Below, one piece after another: positions 9,542 through 18,732 of a stretch of DNA of 64,000 nt. Both the position numbers and the translations under genes were made by a program. The notes under the pieces were generated by a model. That model saw nothing but the letters and a program-made list of their open reading frames with translations. It searched no databases and had not been told where the DNA came from. Numbering within the stretch: the stretch's first letter is position 1; each line of letters starts with the position of its first letter. The DNA is from an uncultured virus (IMG/VR IMGVR_UViG_3300035698_002590) (Duplodnaviria; Heunggongvirae; Uroviricota; Caudoviricetes), in IMG/VR virus record IMGVR_UViG_3300035698_002590, one strand, 5' to 3'.

Positions 9542-10883
9542 TGTACCAATCTTTCATGCTGGGAAATGCAGTAGCAAAGTCTTTGCCTCTGCGCTTGTTG
9601 TACTGTAAATAAAACCGTTTAAAATCGTTGTGTAGTTTTGGCATATCAAATGTGTCGCTGTGCGGAGTTTTTACAACATCAAGATAGTCGATTAGCCGGT
9701 CAGTTTGATTAATTTCATGCTCGTGTAATAATGTATTGTCTCTGTTTGTATCCAACCAATGCTGCAAACGATTTTTGTGCAACGTTCGAATTTCATCAGG
9801 CAATACCAACGGACTTTGGAAACTAGGAAAGCGCAAAATGTTTAATGTGAAGCTTGGAAAATCGCGACCATACGTTTGTTTAAACGTCAGTAGATAATCT
9901 AAAAACTCAGGAAGTGTTTCTAAACACAATGCATTAATCGTGCACATATTGTGCAACCCACGGATCTTGCCTGAGCTCGCCAGCATGTGCATATTGCGAT
10001 CCCAAGTTTTCCATTCTAAACCGTCACGGATGTATTCTGCTTGTGCCGGCATACTTTCATTTGATGTATAGATATCCAGTGGTGCACTAGCAGCTCTGTC
10101 AAGCAATTTTTCCATATCCGCAGTAGCAAGTCCTAGGTTACTGTTGATTGCAATTCGTGTGGTGCTTGCACCTTTGTTATCTTTGAACCAATCAAGCAAC
10201 TTCCACAGGTGACCGCTCATTGCAGGCTCGCCGCCTGTAATACGCAACTCGTCAAGTGTTCTGTGTAGATCACTTTCCCACCATTTAAAAAACGCTTCAA
10301 TGTATGGATTTGTTTCGTTAAATGTATAAAGTTGATTGCTATCATGTGTGTGCGTAAAGTGATTGCGGCCATCGCTGATTAGGTCTTCATATGCACCATT
10401 TTTCTTAATGTCTTTAACCCAAGTTGTACTAAATGCTGGGTTACAATAGCTGCAAGCAAACTGACAAGTTCTGTCAAACGCAATTTCCAATGTTTTAAGA
10501 TCAACATCTTCGCTATAATCTAGTGCATGCGCCGATTGCAATTCTGCGTCCGAATATATTACACTTTTGTATGTTCTGTCAGATATATTGTCCCTACCAA
10601 TGTCTTCAATCTTCCAGCAGTATTCGCAGCCGCTTGGGCGTTCGCCGCATTGCATTTGTTTGCGCTCTTCTTTTTTACGAGAAGTATTATGTAATGCTTT
10701 TGGATTTGCTTGTACTTCTTCAACACTTACTTTATGTGGCAACGGATGATGACAACTTGTGGTCATGCCAGAACCTAACCATATTGTAGCATTATACCAT
10801 TTGGCTCCGCACATGCTCGAACTTAACGGATCAAGTACACGGGTTTTATATTGTAAATCTGTTTCATTATTTTTCTTAGGCAT
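9531..10883 (-). CDS. Radical SAM protein with N-terminal Cys/His segment
   Basis: CQFACSYC, TGGEP; N-terminal CGAKW...SCHHP...CEYCWKIE. Confidence 0.92.
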   Translation of the reverse strand: MPKKNNETDLQYKTRVLDPLSSSMCGAKWYNATIWLGSGMTTSCHHPLPHKVSVEEVQANPKALHNTSRKKEERKQMQCGERPSGCEYCWKIEDIGRDNISDRTYKSVIYSDAELQSAHALDYSEDVDLKTLEIAFDRTCQFACSYCNPAFSTTWVKDIKKNGAYEDLISDGRNHFTHTHDSNQLYTFNETNPYIEAFFKWWESDLHRTLDELRITGGEPAMSGHLWKLLDWFKDNKGASTTRIAINSNLGLATADMEKLLDRAASAPLDIYTSNESMPAQAEYIRDGLEWKTWDRNMHMLASSGKIRGLHNMCTINALCLETLPEFLDYLLTFKQTYGRDFPSFTLNILRFPSFQSPLVLPDEIRTLHKNRLQHWLDTNRDNTLLHEHEINQTDRLIDYLDVVKTPHSDTFDMPKLHNDFKRFYLQYNKRRGKDFATAFPSMKDWYNEL

Positions 10884-11562
10884 TAAAATACAACTCTTTG
10901 TTTCGTTGTTGATACTGGTTTATCAGTTGTTTGACAATAGCAGGCACAGGTTTATTCAAAATAGTTTCTAACCTATCTTCAAGTGACGAACCATCTAAAC
11001 CAAAAACTGTTTTAAATTTTATAGTATGGTCAATAATTGTACGATCTATATTATTATGCCATTTAATGGTATCCTTGTTGAGCTGTTCGTGCATTATATC
11101 AAATACATCAGGGTGGTCAAGGTTACTAATATTATATGGAGGAAAGTTGCATCCTGTTGCTACCCATCTATCGTATTCATGTTTTGTCCAAAGATTTGGA
11201 AATCCTTTTTTTATAAACAACGTTGTTATGTGCACAAAGTCGTCTTCGTCTGCATCTATAGCAAATACCCTTAGATCATTGAACATTGTTTTTAGTTTTT
11301 TTACAAACTCGTGATTGTGTGTATAATAGATCTTTGCAGGAACTGTTCTATCCATTGCATGCTGGTGATCTACACCATCACCTATAAAACAGATATCATC
11401 TTTTAAAGATGAATCAGCCCATTCGCCATCATCAGACTGATGATAATCGCCATGTTCGTTATCAATAAAATTTACTTTTTTTATATCAAGCATCCTGCCC
11501 AACATTGACGTTATAAACATGCCACCACTGCCACTGGCATGATATGTACAGATACTAGACAT
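10876..11562 (-). CDS. Hypothetical protein, possibly sulfotransferase/P-loop-like (probable start MSSIC at 11562)
   Basis: N-terminal YHASGSGGMF Gly-rich loop and YYTHN; function weakly supported. Confidence 0.6.
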   Translation of the reverse strand: MSSICTYHASGSGGMFITSMLGRMLDIKKVNFIDNEHGDYHQSDDGEWADSSLKDDICFIGDGVDHQHAMDRTVPAKIYYTHNHEFVKKLKTMFNDLRVFAIDADEDDFVHITTLFIKKGFPNLWTKHEYDRWVATGCNFPPYNISNLDHPDVFDIMHEQLNKDTIKWHNNIDRTIIDHTIKFKTVFGLDGSSLEDRLETILNKPVPAIVKQLINQYQQRNKELYFNA

Positions 11563-12556
11563 TAAAAATATTTTCCATTTTGTTTTTTTGTTCTTTACTA
11601 AATTCTTTAAGTTGTAGTTTATTATAATGCAGATCTGGCAACATGTCAAGATACATTTGACTTAGGTTTTGAGTTTGCAACCATTGAATTAGATTGCAGA
11701 TGTTTTTGTGTATATCATCTATATTACATGTTTCTAAATTAATATGAGGCCAATAATGATTAAAAGTTTTAAAACCATGTTGACGTAAGTACCTATAGAC
11801 GTCAAGTTGTCCGTTAATCACAAAAGGACGCAATCCAATAATAGGTTTCCATGTTTTTTCAGTAATGAATGTCCATAAGTGATCTTCAAAATCAGTTTCA
11901 CTGACAATATTTAAAAAATGATTTTGCCAATATTCAGACCTTCCAAGACTACTAATGTCATGTGGTATACCTAAATCGTTATCCATGCCCCAATTACCAT
12001 CTTTGTATTCGTCAACGCTTTCATCTAAGTGACGATCATCACCCAGAGTAACAACTCCAAATTGTGTAAGTTTCCTTTGATCTAACATAGCAACAAACTT
12101 TTTTCTGTGTTCACGTGGTTTGCGGTTGTAGTTCAAAAAGGTGTACTTTGCATCTTTAAGCAAAAGTTTATCCTCAAGGTATTTTGGAAAAAAATCTCCT
12201 ATCACTGTGCTGTGAAAATTAAAGTTATATTCTGTATCAAAATGCCCTAGTAAAAAACTTTGCGATGCTCCACTGTCTAATATTAATTGTTTAGTTTCTT
12301 GTTTATTAAAAAAGCAAGGATCTTCACTTGCAAGTAAAAATATATTATCTACTGGTTGGTAGCGTATGTACTCTAAAAATTTAGCATACTCATTGTTGTT
12401 GGTAAATTGTGGTCCAAACCATGTCATGTTTATCAATAGATTTATGTCATTGGGAAACCGAGTGTTGATTTGCTCCTCAATACTGGATATCAGTTTAATT
12501 TGAGTTTTATACCACTGACTTGACTGGGCAAATGTAACTCCTAATGTTTTTAGCAA
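11555..12556 (-). CDS. Putative glycosyltransferase-like protein ('ET...TEK..KP....PF' family)
   Basis: LNYNRKPREHR, NIVSETDF, FITEKTWKPIIGLRPFVING, GFKTF; paralogous motifs in 14820..15761 and 50435..50974. Confidence 0.6.
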   Translation of the reverse strand: MLKTLGVTFAQSSQWYKTQIKLISSIEEQINTRFPNDINLLINMTWFGPQFTNNNEYAKFLEYIRYQPVDNIFLLASEDPCFFNKQETKQLILDSGASQSFLLGHFDTEYNFNFHSTVIGDFFPKYLEDKLLLKDAKYTFLNYNRKPREHRKKFVAMLDQRKLTQFGVVTLGDDRHLDESVDEYKDGNWGMDNDLGIPHDISSLGRSEYWQNHFLNIVSETDFEDHLWTFITEKTWKPIIGLRPFVINGQLDVYRYLRQHGFKTFNHYWPHINLETCNIDDIHKNICNLIQWLQTQNLSQMYLDMLPDLHYNKLQLKEFSKEQKNKMENIFNV

Positions 12557-13374
12557 TTTAACATTTTCCTTATTCCATACTCTAAAGTGGTATCACAACT
12601 TAGTCCTAAACTTTGCATTCGTTTAGTACTACCAACCCTGTGCCCAGCTCCTTCGGGTTCGTTGGTTTGTGTTTTAACTGGTATTGTTACACCGTGTACT
12701 AGTTTGTAAACTGTTTCTGCTACTTCAATAAATGTGATTGCGTTGCCGGTTGCAATGTTTACTGTAACCGGCTCTTCTCTGTGTAACAAGTATTCAAATA
12801 CTTCAAGTGCATCATCAATATATACCCAATCTCTTGTTTGTGTTCCGCTTCCCCAGACACTACATTCTCCTTGCTGTGCTCTTTCTATTATAGCAGGTAA
12901 CGGATAGTCCGCGGATTGCCCAGGGCCGTATATACTAAAGGGGCGCATTACGTGTACAGGAATATCGAGTGTTTTTAGCATACTCTCTGCTACTAGTTTA
13001 GAAAGTCCATATAAATCAAAAGTTTCTAAATTTCCAAACTGTTCTTCGTGCATTGGAGTATTCGGGACTTCTTGCAAGTGTGTTGGATATGCTGCACAAC
13101 TGCTAGGGTAGATGATCTTTTTACAAAACTCATTTGCCCACTTAAATGTTATTCTATCTATTTCTATATTTTTAGTAATAAGCCATTTATTATTGTCTAT
13201 GCCTTTGCGCCCACCTACAAAGGCTGCAAAATGATATAAACAATCAAAGCGTTCGTAAGGTAGATTACGTGTTACATCTTGTGTAAAAGGTGTGACGTCA
13301 TGCCCTTTTTCTTTAAGATACCTAACGGTATTACTGCCAAGAAATCCATCTGCACCTGTAATTAATACCTTCAT
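12550..13374 (-). CDS. NAD-dependent epimerase/dehydratase (extended SDR, nucleotide-sugar)
   Basis: ITGADGFLG, HFAA, SS, YGLSK (YxxxK), RPFSIYGPGQ, GTQTRDWVYIDD. Confidence 0.93.
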   Translation of the reverse strand: MKVLITGADGFLGSNTVRYLKEKGHDVTPFTQDVTRNLPYERFDCLYHFAAFVGGRKGIDNNKWLITKNIEIDRITFKWANEFCKKIIYPSSCAAYPTHLQEVPNTPMHEEQFGNLETFDLYGLSKLVAESMLKTLDIPVHVMRPFSIYGPGQSADYPLPAIIERAQQGECSVWGSGTQTRDWVYIDDALEVFEYLLHREEPVTVNIATGNAITFIEVAETVYKLVHGVTIPVKTQTNEPEGAGHRVGSTKRMQSLGLSCDTTLEYGIRKMLNC

Positions 13375-13389
13375 ATACTTATGTATCTC

Positions 13390-14823
13390 TTATAAGTTGT
13401 TAGCCAAATATTTGCAGTCATTCCACCAGTCTGCCATTTCAGGAAATGTCTTTAAGAAAGCTGTGCCTCTTCGTTTATCATGCTCATTAAAAAATCTATA
13501 AAAATCTGCTTTGTTACGATTAATGTACTCCGGAGATAGCCGTTGTCCATCGCGCATCCACGCAATATCTCTGTCTAGTCTTGCTACTTCGTAGTCTTTG
13601 AATCCGTGAAAGCGAGTAGCTTCAGTTTCAAGATTGTCCAGCATCCACGCTTTAGTAATATCGAGTTCGTACACATAACTTTCAGGCAACAGTTGCAGAC
13701 TTTGCCAAGAAGGTGTACGCAACACAGGTGTGTCAAACCACACTCGCTGATACGTAGTGCTGTATGTTTGTCTTAGTTCAAGTATAGCAGCAAACAATTT
13801 TTGCAGAGTGGTTACGCTTAGGTTGCTCATTGTTATAATAAATGTAACACTATTACGCTCCGGAATGTCACGCAAGAATTGATGCACTCTATCCCATAGC
13901 AAGTCAAAGTCAAGCCCATGGCGTACATATTCTACTTGCTCAAACATTCCATCTAAGCTTACATACTGCATAAAGTGTTCTACAGTGTCTGGTTGACTAC
14001 ATATTTTTGAGACATATCCCTTGTACTTTTGCCACAGTTTTTCATCAACACTAAAGTTTGATGTTGTACTTAGGTGCAAGTTTGACTTGGGATTAGCTAA
14101 CACATGATCAAATACTTTGTATGTATTTTTATCCATCAATGGTTCGCCACCTGTCATCCGGAAGTGTTCTAGATCTGGATACAATGTGGGCCACCATTCC
14201 CAGAATGCATCAACATATGGATTGTGTTCTCTAGCAGGGATGGGCCTGCGCTCTCCTGCAAAGTGTGTAGGATCGTTGTGCGGTGTGCTGGTTGGCCATG
14301 CACCATGTTTTTCTGTTTCAGCCATCCACGTTGAACTGTACTGTGGCGAACAATAGCTACAACTCAGGTTGCATGCACTGTTAAAGTCTACTTCTACATA
14401 ACTAGGAGTAATGTCTTCATCCCACGATGCGTTTGTTATTTTTTCAAAGTCTTTCATTGCCCACGGTTCGCCACTGCGATAATGTCTGTCACTTAGCTTT
14501 CCGTTGTCTTCCATCTTCCAGCAATAGTCACATTCACTCGGCCGTGCGCCCTCAAGCATTAGCTTGCGTTGTTGTTTTTTATAGTCCGTGTTGTGCAATG
14601 CACTAGGATTTTTCTTAATAGCCTCTGCATCTGCACGGTGCAACGGGGGATGATAACAGCTATTATTCATCCCGGTGGTTAAATGCAAGCTAAGTTGCTT
14701 CCATTTAGCTAAACACATGCTAGGCGACACAGTGTTTAATTTCTGTTGTGCTTGTTCAGCAGCAGTGAGAAAATCACTCTTAAAATTCTCGTCAACTCCA
14801 TCGCCTTTGTTGTTAATTGTCAT
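13390..14823 (-). CDS. Radical SAM protein with N-terminal Cys/His segment
   Basis: CNLSCSYC, TGGEPL, SLDG; N-terminal CLAKW...SCYHP...CDYCWKME; close paralog of 9531..10883. Confidence 0.92.
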   Translation of the reverse strand: MTINNKGDGVDENFKSDFLTAAEQAQQKLNTVSPSMCLAKWKQLSLHLTTGMNNSCYHPPLHRADAEAIKKNPSALHNTDYKKQQRKLMLEGARPSECDYCWKMEDNGKLSDRHYRSGEPWAMKDFEKITNASWDEDITPSYVEVDFNSACNLSCSYCSPQYSSTWMAETEKHGAWPTSTPHNDPTHFAGERRPIPAREHNPYVDAFWEWWPTLYPDLEHFRMTGGEPLMDKNTYKVFDHVLANPKSNLHLSTTSNFSVDEKLWQKYKGYVSKICSQPDTVEHFMQYVSLDGMFEQVEYVRHGLDFDLLWDRVHQFLRDIPERNSVTFIITMSNLSVTTLQKLFAAILELRQTYSTTYQRVWFDTPVLRTPSWQSLQLLPESYVYELDITKAWMLDNLETEATRFHGFKDYEVARLDRDIAWMRDGQRLSPEYINRNKADFYRFFNEHDKRRGTAFLKTFPEMADWWNDCKYLANNL

Positions 14824-15761
14824 ACTATCTGCTTTATTTCTGTAGTATAGTTTTTATTCATCAGCAAGTTGTAGTTGTGATCCAGTATTGGTTGCATGTC
14901 CAACAACATGTCAGCAAGTTCTGATTTAGTTTTACTGCCAATTTGATCTAATATTTCTAACATGGCACAGTATCTATTACCGTTTTCATAACCATCATAA
15001 GTTTGTGACCAGTATTCCCAAAAAGTTTTAAAGCCCATTTGATGTAGGTAGTCTAAATAATCTTTGTTGCCAAACACAATAAAAGGTTTTTTACAGTACA
15101 TCGGTCTGGTAATTTTTTCTGTTGGAAAAAATGTTGTTCCTTGATTGTGATTTTCAGCAACTATATCGACAAAAATACTCTTATATAGATTTAACATATC
15201 TTTGTCTTGCCAATTCCAGTCTGCCCTAATGTTATCGTAATGTTGATTATTGACTGTTTGAATAGGCAAAGTTTTTACCAAATCAGTTGCATATTTTACA
15301 CTATCTAAATCATAACTGGCTAACTTGTTCCATTCAAAATTTGGATTATCCGCGTTGTATTCAGTGGTAAATTGTATTAAAGTTTCATCTTGGTAATGAT
15401 GATGTAGCCAACTTGCCAAACCAAGTCTACATGCAATAGGACGACCATACACACACAAGAAAGTTTTTGTTTGATTCCATCTGTGTATTTGCGAATCAAC
15501 TTCTACTTGAGATTCAAAAAAGGTATTTTTAGTTAGATATTCTATTTTGTATCTTGGATGTTTTTGTAATTGATTGCATGTGAAGATTGTAACACTTTTA
15601 AAATCAAAGACATCGATATATTTAAAAACGTCTAGTTCGCCAAGATCGATTGCTTCAGGATTAATGAGAATTACAATATCTTTGCCTTGATTGTGTGCAA
15701 GGTATTCTACAAACTGTACTAGGTTCCAAAGTTTATAGTCTGTGCATTCTAGTATAAACAT
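14820..15761 (-). CDS. Putative glycosyltransferase-like protein ('TEK..RP....PF' family)
   Basis: DIVAEN, FFPTEKITRPMYCKKPFIVFG, GFKTF...YD, HNYNL. Confidence 0.6.
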   Translation of the reverse strand: MFILECTDYKLWNLVQFVEYLAHNQGKDIVILINPEAIDLGELDVFKYIDVFDFKSVTIFTCNQLQKHPRYKIEYLTKNTFFESQVEVDSQIHRWNQTKTFLCVYGRPIACRLGLASWLHHHYQDETLIQFTTEYNADNPNFEWNKLASYDLDSVKYATDLVKTLPIQTVNNQHYDNIRADWNWQDKDMLNLYKSIFVDIVAENHNQGTTFFPTEKITRPMYCKKPFIVFGNKDYLDYLHQMGFKTFWEYWSQTYDGYENGNRYCAMLEILDQIGSKTKSELADMLLDMQPILDHNYNLLMNKNYTTEIKQIV

Positions 15762-15773
15762 TTACCATCCTTC

Positions 15774-16313
15774 TTAACTTCGTATATCAAAACCGCTCAC
15801 TTGTAGTGTATATTTGTCTTTCATTCCTGCATTGGCGCTGACATGTAAGTGATTACTATCCCATATCCAACCTTCGCCAGCTTTCCAGTGTGTTGAATTG
15901 TGCCATTCTTTATCTTTTTCGTATTGTATAATTTCGCCAACACTCCAGTCTTGTAAGTACATGTTTGCTCTTACTTTAAGTCTTGTATCATCTGGAAATG
16001 CTTTTTTAATTTGAAAGAATGTATCTCTGTGAACAGGTATTATGTTTCCTGGTGGCTGAAGTATACTACTTACAGTAACCACTTCTATACCAAGTTGATC
16101 TCCTAGTTCTTGAAAGTCTAATTGTTCCTTGGTCCACCATAGTTGTCTGATTAATGTGTTTCCAGTATCATAACTGTCAGGAAATCCTCCAAACTTTTCA
16201 TGTATATCTGTCAGTTCGTGTACTTGATGACTAATACAACTTCCACTGTGCACACTATAATCTGCACTTGTAAATATCTCTAAATTGTAATCTAGTTTAG
16301 CTGCTTCTAGCAT
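15774..16313 (-). CDS. 2OG-Fe(II)/cupin-type oxygenase-like protein (probable start MLEAA at 16313)
   Basis: QPPGNIIPVHRD (HxD), WKAGE, distal His in HVSANAG, KYTLQVSG. Confidence 0.7.
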   Translation of the reverse strand: MLEAAKLDYNLEIFTSADYSVHSGSCISHQVHELTDIHEKFGGFPDSYDTGNTLIRQLWWTKEQLDFQELGDQLGIEVVTVSSILQPPGNIIPVHRDTFFQIKKAFPDDTRLKVRANMYLQDWSVGEIIQYEKDKEWHNSTHWKAGEGWIWDSNHLHVSANAGMKDKYTLQVSGFDIRS

Positions 16314-16314
16314 T

Positions 16315-17271
16315 TTACCATCCTTCTTGTGCTCTAATAACATCAATTTCGCGTGTCATAATGTTTTTGTTGTGCCAGTTACTGCGATAGTGGTGTTTGA
16401 AAAATTTACTTTGGTCTGGATCAAGTACATTCATTGGCAAATCCAATTGTCTGTTTAGTGCATCAGTATACTTATTAACCACGTCCGACGGGTGAGAGTT
16501 TTTAATTTCACTCCAAATTTGTTCTAAGCTGTCAAACCACTGTACTTGTTTATGATCCCAATCTGTCAGCATGGTTTTGTATGTCCCAAGTCTTGCACCA
16601 GCAATTGCCCACATACCGTGATCAGCATCGCTGCCTACGTTTTGCCAAATAGTCAAGTGGTCAAGATTTCGGCTATGCACACGATCTTTAAACTCGCCGA
16701 CACTTGGCTTGCGTCCTCTGTCAAGACACATCTTTACACCTTCTCGGAAACCAGCACGCCAAGCATGATATGCGCTTCCGTTTGGGTGTGTGGTTGAATA
16801 ACAGTTGTACATTGCCCAGTACTTTGGATCAAAACAAAACTCTACATCGGTGGCATCAGAACCTTCACTTGCTTCATGTGTGCGCATGTTCATAACAAAC
16901 TCTTTTGTCCAGGAACTCATACCGCCGTTGCCATACATTAATCCATTAACATGATTGCGGGCTCTCCATCGATAAACTGCTTTTTCGTAACTGCTGTCTT
17001 TGTATTCAATGGTTTGATTAAAGAAGTTCTCTTCAGGGAGATTGTCACCGTCTATTAGTATAAAACGTTCAGTATCACTTGCTTCGGCAGCAGCTTTGTG
17101 TGCAGAATCTGACCCTTTAACATTATCAACACGTTTTGCCCACGGAACCATGTTGCGTATTTTAACCCAGTACTCTTCTTTTTGTGGTTCGTCATAGGAA
17201 AGATAGATACAATCCAAATCGGCAATATCAATTGATTTAATCTCGTCTGTGCTAATAGTTGACAAGTACAA
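16315..17271 (-). CDS. Putative GT-A-fold glycosyltransferase-like phage protein
   Basis: YLSYDEP, FILIDGDN (DxD), N..NGLMYGNGG, AWRAGFREGVK. Confidence 0.55.
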   Translation of the reverse strand: MYLSTISTDEIKSIDIADLDCIYLSYDEPQKEEYWVKIRNMVPWAKRVDNVKGSDSAHKAAAEASDTERFILIDGDNLPEENFFNQTIEYKDSSYEKAVYRWRARNHVNGLMYGNGGMSSWTKEFVMNMRTHEASEGSDATDVEFCFDPKYWAMYNCYSTTHPNGSAYHAWRAGFREGVKMCLDRGRKPSVGEFKDRVHSRNLDHLTIWQNVGSDADHGMWAIAGARLGTYKTMLTDWDHKQVQWFDSLEQIWSEIKNSHPSDVVNKYTDALNRQLDLPMNVLDPDQSKFFKHHYRSNWHNKNIMTREIDVIRAQEGW

Positions 17272-17277
17272 TCCTCT

Positions 17278-17592
17278 TTATTTTGAATAAGGCATAAAGT
17301 TATTACCGGTGGCAACCACACAAGCTGTACCGTCACCGTATATGCTTACTAAACTCCAGGTACCAGTGTCTTGGTTTACTTGGAAAAGCATATTGCTTTT
17401 AAAACTTTCGTTTTGCAGACCAATCTGTTTGCCATCTGCTGTGAATAAAATATCTTCGTTGTACTCTTTGAGTCTTTTTGCAACATGTTGCCAAGGACCG
17501 CATAGTTGTTTAGCCTGGAAAGACTTAAAATCTTGTGCTGCCAACGGCTGAATTAATAGCAGACTTACTGCAATGCTTGATAACCATTTCAT
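17278..17592 (-). CDS. Small secreted/periplasmic protein
   Basis: Signal peptide MKWLSSIAVSLLLIQPLAA; two Cys; TGTWSLV...GTACVVATG. Confidence 0.75.
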   Translation of the reverse strand: MKWLSSIAVSLLLIQPLAAQDFKSFQAKQLCGPWQHVAKRLKEYNEDILFTADGKQIGLQNESFKSNMLFQVNQDTGTWSLVSIYGDGTACVVATGNNFMPYSK

Positions 17593-17615
17593 TTAACTTC
17601 TCCTGTGTGGAGTAT

Positions 17616-17960
17616 TTACTCTAGATAGTGGGTTTTTGTTGTCCACTTGGCATTACTAGAAGAATCAACTATCATTACATTATCTTCTCTGCAACTAGTA
17701 CCTGACTCTGACGGTACTAGTTTTGTCCAACCCACAGCATCAATTAAATTTATAATATTCCCGTTACGTACAATTAAATCATATCGACCTTCACTGTGTT
17801 GCTTCTGTGTTACAGTAATATAATCACCAATGGGTTGTTCCATGGTATAGAATAACGGTTCTTCAGTTTCTTTATTATAGTACAATCTATATTCAAAGTC
17901 AACCGGTTTATTGTTTGACATTATTTGGTCAAATAATAGTGCTAGTTCTTCTTCAGTCAT
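17616..17960 (-). CDS. Hypothetical phage protein
   Basis: 114-aa ORF overlapping the upstream gene; EYRLYY motif. Confidence 0.75.
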   Translation of the reverse strand: MTEEELALLFDQIMSNNKPVDFEYRLYYNKETEEPLFYTMEQPIGDYITVTQKQHSEGRYDLIVRNGNIINLIDAVGWTKLVPSESGTSCREDNVMIVDSSSNAKWTTKTHYLE

Positions 17961-18732
17961 AGTACTTTCCTAATTCTTGTGCTAATTCTTTTTGATGATA
18001 GTGCACAAATCCATGTTGATTATGACCGTTAATACGAATTACCCCGTTAACTACTTCCCATACTAGCTCTCGAGTCCAATCCTCTGAACTAGTACCAAGT
18101 ATTCTTGGTTTCATGTGTACAATTTGAGGACCCGTGCCAGGAGTAACAAAGTCGCTGCCATTGAGTGCATAAATTAAGTCTGTACTAGCCACTTCGTCGT
18201 TGCCCAGTTTAATGTTGAGTTTGATTTTATCCCAATTGTGAAAGCATTGTTTTACGTTATTAAAAAATCGCTCTGCATCAGCACTTACTCTCCAGTATGT
18301 AATTGCATTGTACACATCAGGCAAATTGTTATGATCAAATATTTTTCTGTAATGACGAGCTGTTGATGTGGTTCCATGAAAATTTCGTGCACCGGTACTA
18401 ATCCAGACTGGCTTGGTTCTAAACAATGTCCACCAATGATCAATTGGACCACTGATGACCATGTCTGCTTCTAGCTTCACAGTTTCGTGAAACGGGCTAG
18501 CATAAAACACTTGCCAATCAGTGGTCCAGCCGCCTGTATTACCTTGTGGGAATGGTTTAATATAATCAAAAAGAGGATTTTGATAATCAATATGATCAGT
18601 AACCAGACATACTTGTGCATCTGGGTGCCAATACTTGAGACTCTTTACTAGTGTTTCGGCACAAGTTATATAATCAACCGAGTCAGAGGTTCCAGCGACA
18701 ATTAGATATCCTCGATCCGCTTCATACTGCAT
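17953..18732 (-). CDS. GT-A glycosyltransferase-like protein (probable start MQYEA at 18732)
   Basis: RGYLIVA, Y..CA..L..SLK, VCLVTD, SPFHETVKLEADM, VHMKP. Confidence 0.7.
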   Translation of the reverse strand: MQYEADRGYLIVAGTSDSVDYITCAETLVKSLKYWHPDAQVCLVTDHIDYQNPLFDYIKPFPQGNTGGWTTDWQVFYASPFHETVKLEADMVISGPIDHWWTLFRTKPVWISTGARNFHGTTSTARHYRKIFDHNNLPDVYNAITYWRVSADAERFFNNVKQCFHNWDKIKLNIKLGNDEVASTDLIYALNGSDFVTPGTGPQIVHMKPRILGTSSEDWTRELVWEVVNGVIRINGHNQHGFVHYHQKELAQELGKYYD

